Below are positions 21,111 to 34,662 of a stretch of DNA of 64,000 nt, one piece after another (within the stretch, counting starts at the first letter, position 1; every line of letters starts with the position of its first letter). This DNA is from an uncultured delta proteobacterium (GTDB taxonomy: Bacteria > Myxococcota > Myxococcia > Myxococcales > Myxococcaceae). A program made the position numbers and the translations under genes. Where the stretch lies: positions 32,001 to 96,000 of the forward strand of contig CAVYSY010000057.1 in the NCBI GenBank assembly GCA_963771175.1, written 5' to 3'. Below the pieces are notes generated by a model that was not told the DNA's origin, made no database searches, and saw only the letters and a program-made list of their open reading frames with translations.

Positions 21111-22243
21111 CCCCGCGCCTGCCTCGCGTCCAGGACGTCGCGGTAGACGGAGAGCACGCGCTCGCCCATGCGTGCCTGGGTGAACTCGGCCAGCACGCGC
21201 GCGCGGCCCGCCTCGCCCCAGGCCCGGCGCTGCTCCGGGTGGGCCAGCATCCGCCGCATGGCCGAGGCCAGCGCCGCTTCGTCCCCCGGCGGCACGGTGA
21301 GGCCGCTCTCCTCGTGGCGGCTGACGAAGGGCACCCCCGAGTCCAGCGCGGTGTTGATGACGGGCAACCCGCACGCCAGGGCCTCGAGCTGCACCAGCGC
21401 GAAGGCCTCGGCACGGGTGACGGAGGACAGCACGTAGGCGTCGCACGCATAGTAGAGCGTGGTGAGCGCCTCGTCCCCCAGGTGACCGAGGAAATGGACG
21501 CGGCCGGCCACGCCACACTCCCGGGCCAGCGCCTCCAGCTCCGCGCGCAGCGGCCCGTCTCCCACCAGCAGCAGGTGCGCGCCCTCCACCTGGCGCAGCG
21601 CGCGGATGGCGTGGTCGAAGCCCTTGTAATAGACGAGCCGCCCCACGCCCATCAGCAGCGGTGCCCCGCCGTACCGGGCCCGCAGGGCCGCGGCCGCCGC
21701 CTCGCGCTCGGGCGTGCGCTGGAAGCGCGTCACGTCGATGCCGAAGGGCACCATGTGACACCTCGCCCGGTGCGGGCGCAGCGCCTCGGACGTCTCCACA
21801 TAGTTGGGCGAGCCCACCAGGATGGCGTCCGCGCGCGCCAGCACCCGCTGCATGAAGGGCCCATACAGCTTCAGCAGCCGCTTCTGACGAACCACATCGC
21901 TGTGGTACGTGACGACGAGCCCGTGCCGCCTCGGCCGCACGCTGCCCAGGTACCCCATCACCGCCATGGGGTGCGGGAAGTGCATGTGCAGCAGGTCATA
22001 CCGGCGCCGCGAAAGCTCCAGCGGCAGCGTGGGGTTGAGCGAGGTGGAGGCCACCTTCACCAGCTCGGCGCAGCGGGTGACGGGCACACCGTGCACCACC
22101 TCGCGCAGGGTGCGCCGGGCGGTGTGGGAGACGAGCACCTCCAGCTCCACGCGGCCCTTGAGCTCCTCGCACAGGCCCGAGAGGTGCGTCTCCATGCCGC
22201 CCCGGTAGGGGGCGTAGTACTTGCCCAGTTGGAGGACCTTCAT
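21107..22243 (-). CDS. GT4 family glycosyltransferase
   Basis: GKYYAPYRGGMET, VGRLVYYKG and EAFALVQLEALACG motifs. Confidence 0.9.
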   Translation of the reverse strand: MKVLQLGKYYAPYRGGMETHLSGLCEELKGRVELEVLVSHTARRTLREVVHGVPVTRCAELVKVASTSLNPTLPLELSRRRYDLLHMHFPHPMAVMGYLGSVRPRRHGLVVTYHSDVVRQKRLLKLYGPFMQRVLARADAILVGSPNYVETSEALRPHRARCHMVPFGIDVTRFQRTPEREAAAAALRARYGGAPLLMGVGRLVYYKGFDHAIRALRQVEGAHLLLVGDGPLRAELEALARECGVAGRVHFLGHLGDEALTTLYYACDAYVLSSVTRAEAFALVQLEALACGLPVINTALDSGVPFVSRHEESGLTVPPGDEAALASAMRRMLAHPEQRRAWGEAGRARVLAEFTQARMGERVLSVYRDVLDARQARG

Positions 22244-22257
22244 GTCCAGAGCCCCTC

Positions 22258-24462
22258 TCAGGAGGCGGTGCGCCGCTCGTCGCGCTCGCCGCCGTAGGCG
22301 CGGTAGTCGTTATAGGCGTTGTACTCGGAGCCGTACCTGCCGCCCCTCACGTCCACATGGTTGAGCAGGGCGCCGATGATGTGGGCCTTCACGTCCCGCA
22401 GCGAGCGGATGGCGCGCTTCGCCTGCTCGCGGTGGGTGCCCCCGGCCTTGAGCACCAGCAGGATGCCGTCCGCCTGCTTGGAGAGGACGAGCGCGTCCGA
22501 GACGGGCCCCAGGGGCGGACTGTCCAGGAGGATGCAGTCATAGCGCTCCTTGAGCTTCTCCAGCAGCTCGGCGAAGGCGCGCGCGTGGAGCAGCTCGGCG
22601 GGGTTGGGAGGCAGCGGCCCGCAGGGCAGCACGAAGAGGTTGGGCACGTCCGTGGACTTGATGGCGCGCTCCAGCGAGCCCTCGCCCACCACCAGCGAGC
22701 TGACGCCCACGTCGTCGGGCAGGCCGAAGGCCCGGTGCAGGCGCGGCCGGCGCATGTCCGTGTCCATCAGCAGCACCCGGGTGCCCGTCTGCGCCATCAC
22801 CATGCCCAGGTTGATGACGGCGGTGGACTTGCCCTCGGAGGGCCCCGCCGAGCTGACCACCACCGTGCGGAAGGGCTTGTCCGGCGACATGAAGAGGAGG
22901 TTGGTGCGGATGGCCCGGCACATCTCCGCCGCGGGCGAGCGCGGGTGGCGGTGGATGAACAGGTCCGCCGAGCCCCCATCCACCTCGGAGTGCAGGGGCG
23001 GCATGGTCCCGATGAAGGACAACCCCAGCCGCTCCTCCACGTCCGCGCGGCTGCCCACGCTCGCGTCGAGGAACTCCAGTCCCAGCACCAGCACCACGCC
23101 CCCCATCAGGCCCAGCATCACGAAGAGCATCACCGCGCTCCGGGTGTTGGGCCGCACCGGCACCATGTTGGGGATGGCCGCGTCCAGCACGCGCACGTTG
23201 CTGGTGCGCAGCAGGCCCGACAGCTCTATCTCCTTGAAGCGCTTGAGAACCATCTCGTACAGGCGCTGGTCGTTCTGCGCCTCGCGCTGGAGCTTCTCGT
23301 AGGAGATCTCCTTCTCCGTCGCCTGGAAGGCCTCGGCCTTGGCCTTGTCCACCAGCACCAGGAGATTGCGCTCGTTGGCCTGGGCGGAGGCCAGGTCCGT
23401 CTCCGCGCCGCGCACGAGATTGTCCAGGCTGCGCCGCAGCTCCTGCTGCACCAAGACCAGCTTCTGCTGGCACTCCTGCATCTTGGGATGCTCCGCCAGG
23501 TAGCGCCCGGACAGCTCCACGCAGGCGGTGCGCTGCGTCAGCACCTGGTTGCGCAGCTCGCGCAGGGCGCCCTCGCCCGCCTCCGGGAGGCCCTCGGCCC
23601 AGTGCTCCGACTCGGAGCTGGCGCTCTTGCGGAGCTGGCGCATGGAGTCCACGCGGGCCTGGAGGGCGGCCATCTTCGTGCGCACACCGATGAGCTCGGC
23701 CATGTAGCGGTCGTAGGCCTGCTTCGCCGTGCTCTGCTGCTGCGGCCCGCCCTTGCCCTCGATGGTGATGGAGAGCAGGTCCGCGCCGCGCTTGAACTTG
23801 TAGAGGTCCAGCTCGCTGCCGCTGGCGCGCGTGCCCAGCTCGCTCAGGCGCTCCTCGAGCCAGGCGCTGGCGCCCTCGGTCGTCTTCAACCGGAGGGCGA
23901 GGTTCTCCGCGATATAGGCCTCGGCCACCTCGTTGGCCAGCAGCGCCGCGCGCTTGGGGTCCACGTCCTCCACGGCGATGCGCACCACGCGCGAGTTGGC
24001 CGAGGGGATGACGGAGATGCGCGAGCGCACCAGCGACACCGCGTCGATGGAGGCCATGACCTTCTTGCGCGCCTCCTCGTCCTGGATGCCCTCCACTCCG
24101 AGGAAGGCTGGATCGTTGCGCAGACCCAGCCGGTCCACCACCCGCGAGGCCACCGAGCGCGAGGTGATGACCTCGCTCTGGGTCGTGTAGTACTCCTTGT
24201 TCGCCCAGTAGTTGCCCCGCTCGTCGCCCATCACCTCCTTGACGTCGGTGTCCAGGACGCGAGGCGCGGCGACGTCGATGATGAGGGAGGTGCTCGCCGC
24301 GTAGATTTTCGGCTGGCGCAGGGTGTGGAACGTGCCCGCCAGCACCACCACGGCCATCACGCCAACGATGAGCCACTTGCGACGCCAGAGCGCGCGGACG
24401 TACTGCATCACGTCCAGCGAGGGCTCGGGGGCCTCGGGGGCCTCGTTTGGGGTCTGTTCCAC
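22258..24462 (-). CDS. wzc: Wzc polysaccharide co-polymerase fused to BY tyrosine kinase
   Basis: Two TM segments and coiled coil; Walker A GPSEGKST, A' DTDMRRP, B ILLDSPP; C-terminal Tyr cluster RYGSEYNAYNDYRAY. GTG start with AGGAG RBS. Confidence 0.92.
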   Translation of the reverse strand: MEQTPNEAPEAPEPSLDVMQYVRALWRRKWLIVGVMAVVVLAGTFHTLRQPKIYAASTSLIIDVAAPRVLDTDVKEVMGDERGNYWANKEYYTTQSEVITSRSVASRVVDRLGLRNDPAFLGVEGIQDEEARKKVMASIDAVSLVRSRISVIPSANSRVVRIAVEDVDPKRAALLANEVAEAYIAENLALRLKTTEGASAWLEERLSELGTRASGSELDLYKFKRGADLLSITIEGKGGPQQQSTAKQAYDRYMAELIGVRTKMAALQARVDSMRQLRKSASSESEHWAEGLPEAGEGALRELRNQVLTQRTACVELSGRYLAEHPKMQECQQKLVLVQQELRRSLDNLVRGAETDLASAQANERNLLVLVDKAKAEAFQATEKEISYEKLQREAQNDQRLYEMVLKRFKEIELSGLLRTSNVRVLDAAIPNMVPVRPNTRSAVMLFVMLGLMGGVVLVLGLEFLDASVGSRADVEERLGLSFIGTMPPLHSEVDGGSADLFIHRHPRSPAAEMCRAIRTNLLFMSPDKPFRTVVVSSAGPSEGKSTAVINLGMVMAQTGTRVLLMDTDMRRPRLHRAFGLPDDVGVSSLVVGEGSLERAIKSTDVPNLFVLPCGPLPPNPAELLHARAFAELLEKLKERYDCILLDSPPLGPVSDALVLSKQADGILLVLKAGGTHREQAKRAIRSLRDVKAHIIGALLNHVDVRGGRYGSEYNAYNDYRAYGGERDERRTAS

Positions 24463-24627
24463 GTCGCTCTCCTGTCGGGCCCGGGCGAGCCCGCTGCGTG
24501 GCCAAGAGGTCAGACTGCCCCGGCAGCACCAGGGGGTCAATCTTCACCGACTCGCCCGGATGCCCTCCGGACACACGCCCTGTTCACATGCGAGCACCCG
24601 CGTCGGCGGTGTGGTAGTCACGGCGCC

Positions 24628-27964
<3,337 letters not shown>

Positions 27965-27988
27965 CGGTGCCCTCCGGGACTCGCGGCC

Positions 27989-29104
27989 CTACGCGCCCGC
28001 GCCCGACACGGGGGGGATGACCGGAGGAGCGTCCAGGGACTTCCGGTCGAGGAGCCGCTTCAGGCCCCGCCGCGAGGGCTCCTCCACCAGGCGCCACAGC
28101 CCATACCCCGAGGCGAGCAAGAGCCCCGCGTAGAGGCCGAGCCCCAGCATCCGCGGCGCGAGCGACAGGCGCTCCAGGGTTTGCGCGGGGAACACCTCGT
28201 TGAGCACCTTCTGCACCAGCGCATGGCTGATGTAGAGCGAGTAGGAGATTTCCCCCAGCCACACCAGGGGCCGCGAGCACAGCGCCGAGAGCTCTCCGGG
28301 CCGCAGCCCGGCCAGCCCCCAGAGGAGCGTGGCGAAGAGGACGAAGAAGAGCCGGTGCGGAACGCCGTCGAGCATCAGCGCCAGCGCGAGGCCCGCGAAC
28401 GAGGCCAGCGCGACCAGGCGTGGCAGCCACGGCACGGGACGCAAGGTGCGCGAGATGTGGAAGAGGGCCATGCCCACCGGGAACGTGGCCAGCACGCGCA
28501 GCAGCTCCCCAAAGGGCGCCTGCGGCGTCGTGAAGAATCCGAACACGACCACGCCGGCGCAGCCTCCGAGGAGGAGGACGTTGGCCGCCACGCCTCGCAC
28601 GCGACGCAGGAGCACCGCGAGCAGGGGGAAGCAGAGGTAGGCGAACCACTCCGCGCTGACCGACCAGGCCGGGTAGTTCCAGCTCAGCTTCATGAAGGGG
28701 ACCCACGCCTGGGTGAGCGTGAGGTGCTGCAGGAAGGTCACCAGCCCGTACCCCTCCTCCGTCAGCCCGTACCCCAGGACGCGGGCGACCACCACCATGG
28801 GCAGCACCGCGAGCAGCCCCACCAGGTGCGCGGGGTAGATGCGCGCCAGGCGCATGACGAGGAAGCGGAAGCACGCCCGGCGCTCGAGAAGCCCGGGCAC
28901 GTCCAGGTAGTTGTAGGCGATGACGTAGCCGCTCAGCAGGAAGAAGAGGTCGACGGCGTAGTGCCCATGCCCGATCAACCGAGTCAGGGGGCCTGCCGGC
29001 AATCCCCCCGCGCGCAGAACGTCCTGGAAGTGGTAGAACACCACCCAGACCGCCGCGAGGCCCCGTAGGCTGGTGAGTGCTGGAAGGTGGATGCGCGTCT
29101 GCAA
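27989..29104 (-). CDS. Acyltransferase 3 (OafA-like) family
   Basis: LTSLRGLAAVWVVFYH, VDLFFLLSGY, RLARIYP, WSVSAEW and GEISYSLYISH motifs. Confidence 0.9.
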   Translation of the reverse strand: MQTRIHLPALTSLRGLAAVWVVFYHFQDVLRAGGLPAGPLTRLIGHGHYAVDLFFLLSGYVIAYNYLDVPGLLERRACFRFLVMRLARIYPAHLVGLLAVLPMVVVARVLGYGLTEEGYGLVTFLQHLTLTQAWVPFMKLSWNYPAWSVSAEWFAYLCFPLLAVLLRRVRGVAANVLLLGGCAGVVVFGFFTTPQAPFGELLRVLATFPVGMALFHISRTLRPVPWLPRLVALASFAGLALALMLDGVPHRLFFVLFATLLWGLAGLRPGELSALCSRPLVWLGEISYSLYISHALVQKVLNEVFPAQTLERLSLAPRMLGLGLYAGLLLASGYGLWRLVEEPSRRGLKRLLDRKSLDAPPVIPPVSGAGA

Positions 29105-29307
29105 GCCCGCGCAAGCTACCTGGAAACACCCCCCCCTTCGAGCCTCCCCAGGGTGCTGAGTGACTGTCGCCCCGCGGACCCTCGTGCTCTTCCTGAAGCA
29201 GGTTCCAAGCCCACTGACCCAGGAGGATTCCCTCTGGCCACCACCACCCCTGTCGGTCGACACTGGACCCATCGCCCGAGCTGCCTCATCTCTGGAGACT
29301 GCCCACC

Positions 29308-29631
29308 ATGAAGACCCGGTACGCCCTGCTGCTCTCTCTCTCCCTGGCCACCACCGCCCACGCCGCTGACGACGTCGTCGAGGTGTGGACGGCCAAGTGC
29401 AAGTCCTGCCATGGCATGGATGGCCGCGCCCAGACGCCGATGGGGAAGAAGGAGGCCATCGTCGATATGGCCCAGCCGGCCTGGCAGCAGGCCCAGACCG
29501 ACGCGGACATCCGCGAGTTCATCGCCGAGGGCTCCCCCCGCAAGAAGAAGATGAAGCCCTTCAAGGACAAGCTCACCCCCGAGCAGATCGACTCGCTCGT
29601 CGCCTACATCCGCACCCTCAAGAAGGGCTGA
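29308..29631 (+). CDS. Class I monoheme cytochrome c
   Basis: Signal peptide, CKSCH motif and distal Met in KMKPF. Confidence 0.9.
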   Translation: MKTRYALLLSLSLATTAHAADDVVEVWTAKCKSCHGMDGRAQTPMGKKEAIVDMAQPAWQQAQTDADIREFIAEGSPRKKKMKPFKDKLTPEQIDSLVAYIRTLKKG

Positions 29632-29640
29632 GCCCCCTCC

Positions 29641-29664
29641 GGGCGGGAGGTGAATATCCCGCCC
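29641..29664 (+). terminator. Hairpin after the cytochrome c gene
   Basis: GGGCGGGA-ggtgaata-TCCCGCCC. Confidence 0.4.
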
Positions 29665-29701
29665 CCTGCCCCGTCCGTGGACTCGACTGGAGGCTCCCCC
29701 C

Positions 29702-29893
29702 ATGCGCACCCTCGCCACCGCCCTCTTCTCCCTCTTCGTCCTCGCCGGATTCCTGGACTCGCCCGGCCTCGGGACCCAGGCCCGGCACGCCACCGGCTCC
29801 TCCCTCACCAGCGGTGATGGGAAGGACGGAGGCGACTCCGGAGGGGATGACGACAACGATGATGACGATGAGGAAGTCCGGGCGATTGGCTGA
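29702..29893 (+). CDS. Small hypothetical protein with hydrophobic N-terminus and Asp-rich tail
   Basis: GGAGG RBS; 63 aa; tail GGDDDNDDDDEE. Confidence 0.55.
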   Translation: MRTLATALFSLFVLAGFLDSPGLGTQARHATGSSLTSGDGKDGGDSGGDDDNDDDDEEVRAIG

Positions 29894-30015
29894 GTAGGAC
29901 ACTGTGGGCCCTGGGTGCTGGGTGACTGCCGCTCCCCCGGCCCCTCCGTCTTCCGTTGACCCACACCAGTCTGGCTCCTAATTACCGGGAGGGCGCTCAT
30001 GAGGTGCCCTCTCGG

Positions 30016-33000
30016 ATGGAAACTCCTTTTACCCAGAAGCTCGATGTGGAGGCCCTTCGCGCGCCTCCGGTGGCAGGGGACCCCTTCGCCCGCGTGGTGG
30101 AGCTGCTCCGCCCTGGCCTGCGTGTCCGGACACAGGGCATCCAGGGAGCCGCTCGCGGGCATGCGCTCGCCCGGCTCACGCGCACCCTCCAGGCGCCCCT
30201 CGTCTGCATCGCCCCCGATGAAGAGTCCGCGGATGCGCTCGCGAATGACCTCGCCTTCTTCCTCGGCGGCCGAGGGACCGCGCGCGAGCCCCGCGTCCTC
30301 CGCCTCCCGGCCGACGAGGTGCTCCCCTACGACGAGCTCTCCCCGGATGCGGACGCCGTCGCCGATCGGCTCGGCGCCCTCTTCCACCTGAGCAAGGGCA
30401 CCCGCTTCCCCGCGCTCGTGCTGTCGATGCGCGGCCTCTTCCGCAAGGTGCTGCCCACGCAGGTGATGAGCGAGCTGTCCGAGCGCGTCGGCGTGGGCCA
30501 GGACTTCGACCGCGACGCGCTCGCCCGCAAGCTCGCCAACATGGGCTACCAGAGCAGCCCGCTCGTCGAGGACCTGGGCACCTTCTCCGTGCGCGGCGGC
30601 CTCATCGACGTCTTCAGCCCGCTCTACGACAAGCCCGTCCGCATCGAGTTCTTCGGCGACACCATCGAGTCCATCCGCGCCTTCGATCCGGAGTCGCAGC
30701 GCACCGTGGACTCACTCCAGGAGATCATCCTCCTGCCCGCGCGCGAGGTCATCTTCTCCGAGCAGACGCGCGCGCGCGCCGAGTCCGCGGCCCGTGCCGT
30801 CGCCGACCGCATCAACCTGCCCACCACGAAGTTGCGCGAGCAGCTCGACGCCATCCGCGAGGGCCTGCCCGGCTTCGGGCTGGAGGGCCTGCTGCCCGGC
30901 TTCTTCGAGGGAGGCCTGGGCACCGTCTTCGACTACCTCTCCCAGTGGCACCAGGAGCCGCTCTTCTACCTGGACGACCCCCTGGGCCTCGAGCGCGTCG
31001 CCGAGGAGCTATGGACCGAGGTGGAGCGCTCCGCCCACGCCGCCGATGAGCGGCAGGACCTCACCTGCCCGCCCGGGGAGCACTTCCTCACCCACGAGGA
31101 GTTGAATCAGAAGCTCGCGACCTTCCGCGTGATGGAGGGCGGGGGCCTGTCGCTCACCCAGAGCGAGACGCCGCCCGTGCTCTTCTCCTTCGGCTCCACC
31201 GAGGACGTGCGCCAGGCCATCCTCGCCCACCACGGTGAGGAGGGCGCGCTCACCCCGCTCGTCGAGCGGCTCCAGCGCTGGCGTGACTCCCGCGTCGCCT
31301 GCGCCGTGGCTTGCGGCGCCCTGAGCCAGGCGGACCGCCTCAAGCACCTGCTGCTGGACCGCAACGTGATGGTGCGCGTCCACACCGAGCCGCTCGAGGA
31401 TGCGTCCACGCTCTACGAGCCCTCCGTCTACGCCCACCTCTTCACGGGCGAGGTGAGCCACGGCTTCGTGGACGGGGCCGGTGGCCTCGCCGTGCTCTCC
31501 GACGAGGAGATTTTTGGCGCTCGGGCCCGCCGTCGCGTGCGGCGCTCGAAGAGCCTGGATGCCTTCGCCTCGGGCTTCAAGGACCTCAAGGAAGGCGACC
31601 TCATCGTCCACACCGACTTCGGCATCGGCCGCTATTCGGGCCTGACGAAGATGCAGGTGAACGGCGTGCCCGGGGACTTCCTCGTCCTCGAGTACCTCGG
31701 CAAGGACAAGATCTACCTCCCGGTGGGCCGCATGCGGCTCATCCAGAAGTTCACCGGTGGCGACCCCACCCAGGTGACGCTGGACAAGCTGGGGACCACG
31801 TCCTGGGAGAAGACGAAGAAGCGGGTCAAGGAGCAGCTCCTCAAGATGGCGGCCGAGCTCCTCAACATCGCGGCGGCGCGCCGGGCGCACCCGGGCCACG
31901 CCTTCAGCCCGCCGGACCGGTACTACGCCCAGTTCGAGGCGGACTTCGAGTTCGAGGAGACGCCGGACCAGGGCAAGGCCATCGAGGACGTGCTCAGCGA
32001 CATGCAGAAGTCCGAGCCGATGGACCGGCTCGTCTGCGGCGACGTGGGCTACGGCAAGACGGAGGTGGCGATGCGCGCCGCCTTCAAGGCCACGCTGGAC
32101 CGCAAGCAGGTGGCGGTGCTGGTGCCCACCACCGTGCTGGCGCAGCAGCACTACCTCTCCTTCAAGAAGCGCTTCAAGGACTACCCCGTCGCGGTGGAAG
32201 TCATCTCCGGCATGAAGAAGCCGCAGGAGGTGCGGGAAATCCTCAAGCGCACCAAGGAGGGCAAGGTCGACATCCTCATCGGCACGCACAAGCTGCTGGC
32301 GGGAGACGTGTCCTTCAAGGACCTGGGGCTGCTCGTGGTGGACGAGGAGCAGCGCTTCGGGGTGAAGCACAAGGAGCAGATCAAGCGGCTGCGCGCCCTG
32401 GTGGACGTGCTCACGCTGTCGGCGACGCCGATTCCCCGCACGCTGCACATGGCCATGTCGGGCGTGCGCGAGATGAGCATCATCGCCACCCCGCCGCAGG
32501 ACCGGCGCGCCATCCGCACCTTCGTGCTGAAGTTCGACGAGCAGACCATCAAGGACGCCATCGAGCGCGAGGTGGCCCGCGGCGGTCAGGTCTTCTTCGT
32601 GCACAACCGGGTGGAGTCCCTCCCCGCGATGGAGGAGCTGCTCAAGAAGCTGGTGCCCCACATCTCCTTCGGCGTGGCGCACGGGCAGATGGGCGAGGGC
32701 CAGCTCGAGAAGGCGATGCTGGACTTCACCGAGAAGAAGTACCAGGTGCTGCTGTGCACCAGCATCATCGAGAGCGGCATCGACATCTCGAGCGCCAACA
32801 CGATGATCGTCAACCGGGCGGACACGTTCGGTCTGGCGCAGCTCTACCAACTCCGGGGCCGAGTGGGCCGCTCGAAGGAGCGCGCGTACGCGTACCTGCT
32901 GGTGCCGGCGCGGCGCACCGTCACCAAGGACGCGCAGCGACGCCTGGAGGTGCTGCAGCGCTTCACCGAGCTGGGCGCGGGCTTCTCCATCGCGAGCCAT

Positions 33001-33597
33001 GACCTGGAGATTCGTGGCGCGGGCAACCTGCTGGGCTCCGAGCAGTCGGGCTCCATCTCGGCGATCGGCTTCGACCTGTACGCGCAGCTCCTGGAGGAGG
33101 CGGTGTCCGAGGTGCGGGGCGAGCCGCCCCGGGTGCAGATCGAGCCCGAGGTCATCCTCCCAATGGCGGCGCTCATCCCGGACGACTACGTCTCGGACGT
33201 GCACCAGCGGCTGGTCTTCTACAAGCGCTTCAGCCAGGCGAGCCATCCGGACGAGGTGCAGGACCTGCGCTCGGAGCTGGTGGACCGCTTCGGCGAGGCC
33301 CCGGACGAGGTGGACAACCTCTCGGAGCAGACGCTGCTGAAGATCGACATGCGGGACTTGCGGCTGCGCGCGCTGGAGGGCGGTCCGGGCCGGCTGGTGG
33401 TGACGCTGGGCTCGGACGCACTGCTGGACGGGCCGAGGGTGGCGATGTTGGTGCAGCGGTCCAAGGGCCTCTACCGGCTCACCCCGGACATGAAGCTGGT
33501 GGTGAAGCTGGGGCCCGAGGTGAAGGGCCAGGCGCTCATCAGCGAGGCCAAGAAGGTGCTGCGCGACCTCAACACCTGCGCCCTGCCGCAGGCGTGA
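30016..33597 (+). CDS. mfd: Transcription-repair coupling factor
   Basis: UvrB-like N-terminus, RID (HTDFGIGRYSG), CGDVGYGKTEVA, DEEQRFG, SATPIPRT, QLRGRVGR and TRCF C-terminus. Confidence 0.97.
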   Translation: METPFTQKLDVEALRAPPVAGDPFARVVELLRPGLRVRTQGIQGAARGHALARLTRTLQAPLVCIAPDEESADALANDLAFFLGGRGTAREPRVLRLPADEVLPYDELSPDADAVADRLGALFHLSKGTRFPALVLSMRGLFRKVLPTQVMSELSERVGVGQDFDRDALARKLANMGYQSSPLVEDLGTFSVRGGLIDVFSPLYDKPVRIEFFGDTIESIRAFDPESQRTVDSLQEIILLPAREVIFSEQTRARAESAARAVADRINLPTTKLREQLDAIREGLPGFGLEGLLPGFFEGGLGTVFDYLSQWHQEPLFYLDDPLGLERVAEELWTEVERSAHAADERQDLTCPPGEHFLTHEELNQKLATFRVMEGGGLSLTQSETPPVLFSFGSTEDVRQAILAHHGEEGALTPLVERLQRWRDSRVACAVACGALSQADRLKHLLLDRNVMVRVHTEPLEDASTLYEPSVYAHLFTGEVSHGFVDGAGGLAVLSDEEIFGARARRRVRRSKSLDAFASGFKDLKEGDLIVHTDFGIGRYSGLTKMQVNGVPGDFLVLEYLGKDKIYLPVGRMRLIQKFTGGDPTQVTLDKLGTTSWEKTKKRVKEQLLKMAAELLNIAAARRAHPGHAFSPPDRYYAQFEADFEFEETPDQGKAIEDVLSDMQKSEPMDRLVCGDVGYGKTEVAMRAAFKATLDRKQVAVLVPTTVLAQQHYLSFKKRFKDYPVAVEVISGMKKPQEVREILKRTKEGKVDILIGTHKLLAGDVSFKDLGLLVVDEEQRFGVKHKEQIKRLRALVDVLTLSATPIPRTLHMAMSGVREMSIIATPPQDRRAIRTFVLKFDEQTIKDAIEREVARGGQVFFVHNRVESLPAMEELLKKLVPHISFGVAHGQMGEGQLEKAMLDFTEKKYQVLLCTSIIESGIDISSANTMIVNRADTFGLAQLYQLRGRVGRSKERAYAYLLVPARRTVTKDAQRRLEVLQRFTELGAGFSIASHDLEIRGAGNLLGSEQSGSISAIGFDLYAQLLEEAVSEVRGEPPRVQIEPEVILPMAALIPDDYVSDVHQRLVFYKRFSQASHPDEVQDLRSELVDRFGEAPDEVDNLSEQTLLKIDMRDLRLRALEGGPGRLVVTLGSDALLDGPRVAMLVQRSKGLYRLTPDMKLVVKLGPEVKGQALISEAKKVLRDLNTCALPQA

Positions 33598-33605
33598 GGA
33601 AGAGA

Positions 33606-33634
33606 ACGGGCGGGGCAGGACATCCCCGCCCCGT
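33606..33634. terminator. Hairpin between convergent mfd and ompA/motB
   Basis: ACGGGCGGGG-caggacat-CCCCGCCCCGT. Confidence 0.5.
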
Positions 33635-33660
33635 GCCGCCAGGGCCTGGCTTCCCAGCCC

Positions 33661-34506
33661 TCAGCGGCTCCCCGTCACCACACCGGGCGCGAGGACGATC
33701 TCGATGCGCCGGTTGAGGCTGCGGTTCTCCGGCGAGTCGTTGGGCGCGATGGGCTGGTACGGACCGTAGCCCGCGGCGGAGAGCACCGTGGGGTCCACGC
33801 CCGCGTCCTGCATCGCCCTCACCACCGCCATCGCTCGCGCCAGGCTCAGCTCCCAGTTGGAGGGAAAGGGGCCCTTGGAGTCCGTGGGCACGTTGTCCGT
33901 GTGCCCCTCCACGCGGATGATCTTCCCCTGCACCCCCTTGAGGGCCTCGGCGATCTTCGTCAGCGCGTCCTGCCCCTCCTTGCCCACCCGCGCCGAGCCG
34001 GAGGCGAAGAGAATCTTGTCCTTCAGGTTCACCGTCATCCGGCCCCGCAGCTCCGACAGCTCGATCTTCCCCTCGGAGATCTCCTTCTCCAGGCTCTTGG
34101 CGAGGCTCGCGTACTCGGAGCTCTTCTTCTCCAGCGCCTCCTTGGCCTCGGCGAGCTTGCGCTTGGACGTGGCCAGCTCCGCGTTGAGGGCGGCGAGCTC
34201 GGCGTTCTTCTGCTCCAGGGCACGGCGCTCGGCGGCCCCCGCGGTCAGCCGTGCCTCGGCGGTGTCGAGGCGCGTGGTCAGCGCCTCCTTGTCCCGCTCC
34301 AGCCCGGCCGCCCGCTCCTCCAGCTCCGCCACCTTCTCGCCCAGCGCGCGGACCTTCTCGTCAGCCGCCACGCGCGCGCCCTTCTCCTCCTGGAGTTGCG
34401 CGTCGAGCGTCTGGGCCTTCTGCATCGCCGTGTCGTACTTGCCCTGGGTGACGCATCCCGCGGTGAGCGCGAGGGCGCAGAGGGGTGCCAGCAATCGGGT
34501 CCGCAT
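33661..34506 (-). CDS. OmpA/MotB-family peptidoglycan-binding lipoprotein with coiled coil
   Basis: Lipobox TAGC; ILFASGSA, VEGHTDN, NWELSLARA and NRRIEI motifs. Confidence 0.9.
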   Translation of the reverse strand: MRTRLLAPLCALALTAGCVTQGKYDTAMQKAQTLDAQLQEEKGARVAADEKVRALGEKVAELEERAAGLERDKEALTTRLDTAEARLTAGAAERRALEQKNAELAALNAELATSKRKLAEAKEALEKKSSEYASLAKSLEKEISEGKIELSELRGRMTVNLKDKILFASGSARVGKEGQDALTKIAEALKGVQGKIIRVEGHTDNVPTDSKGPFPSNWELSLARAMAVVRAMQDAGVDPTVLSAAGYGPYQPIAPNDSPENRSLNRRIEIVLAPGVVTGSR

Positions 34507-34662
34507 GTATCGAGTCCTCCTGGATTATTTGAGTTCAAATCGTATCGGGTAGGGGCCTGATGGCCAGTGGGAAGTGCCCGCCCCTGTCGTTCCTCATGGG
34601 GAGGAGGCGCTCGTCTGCCCGCCCCTCGACGGAGGCTTCTGGCCCCCGGCATGCTCCCCCCC

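Noticed and set aside
33661..34506. Flagellar motB
   Set aside because: Has a lipoprotein signal rather than a MotB TM helix, and there is no motA or flagellar gene nearby.
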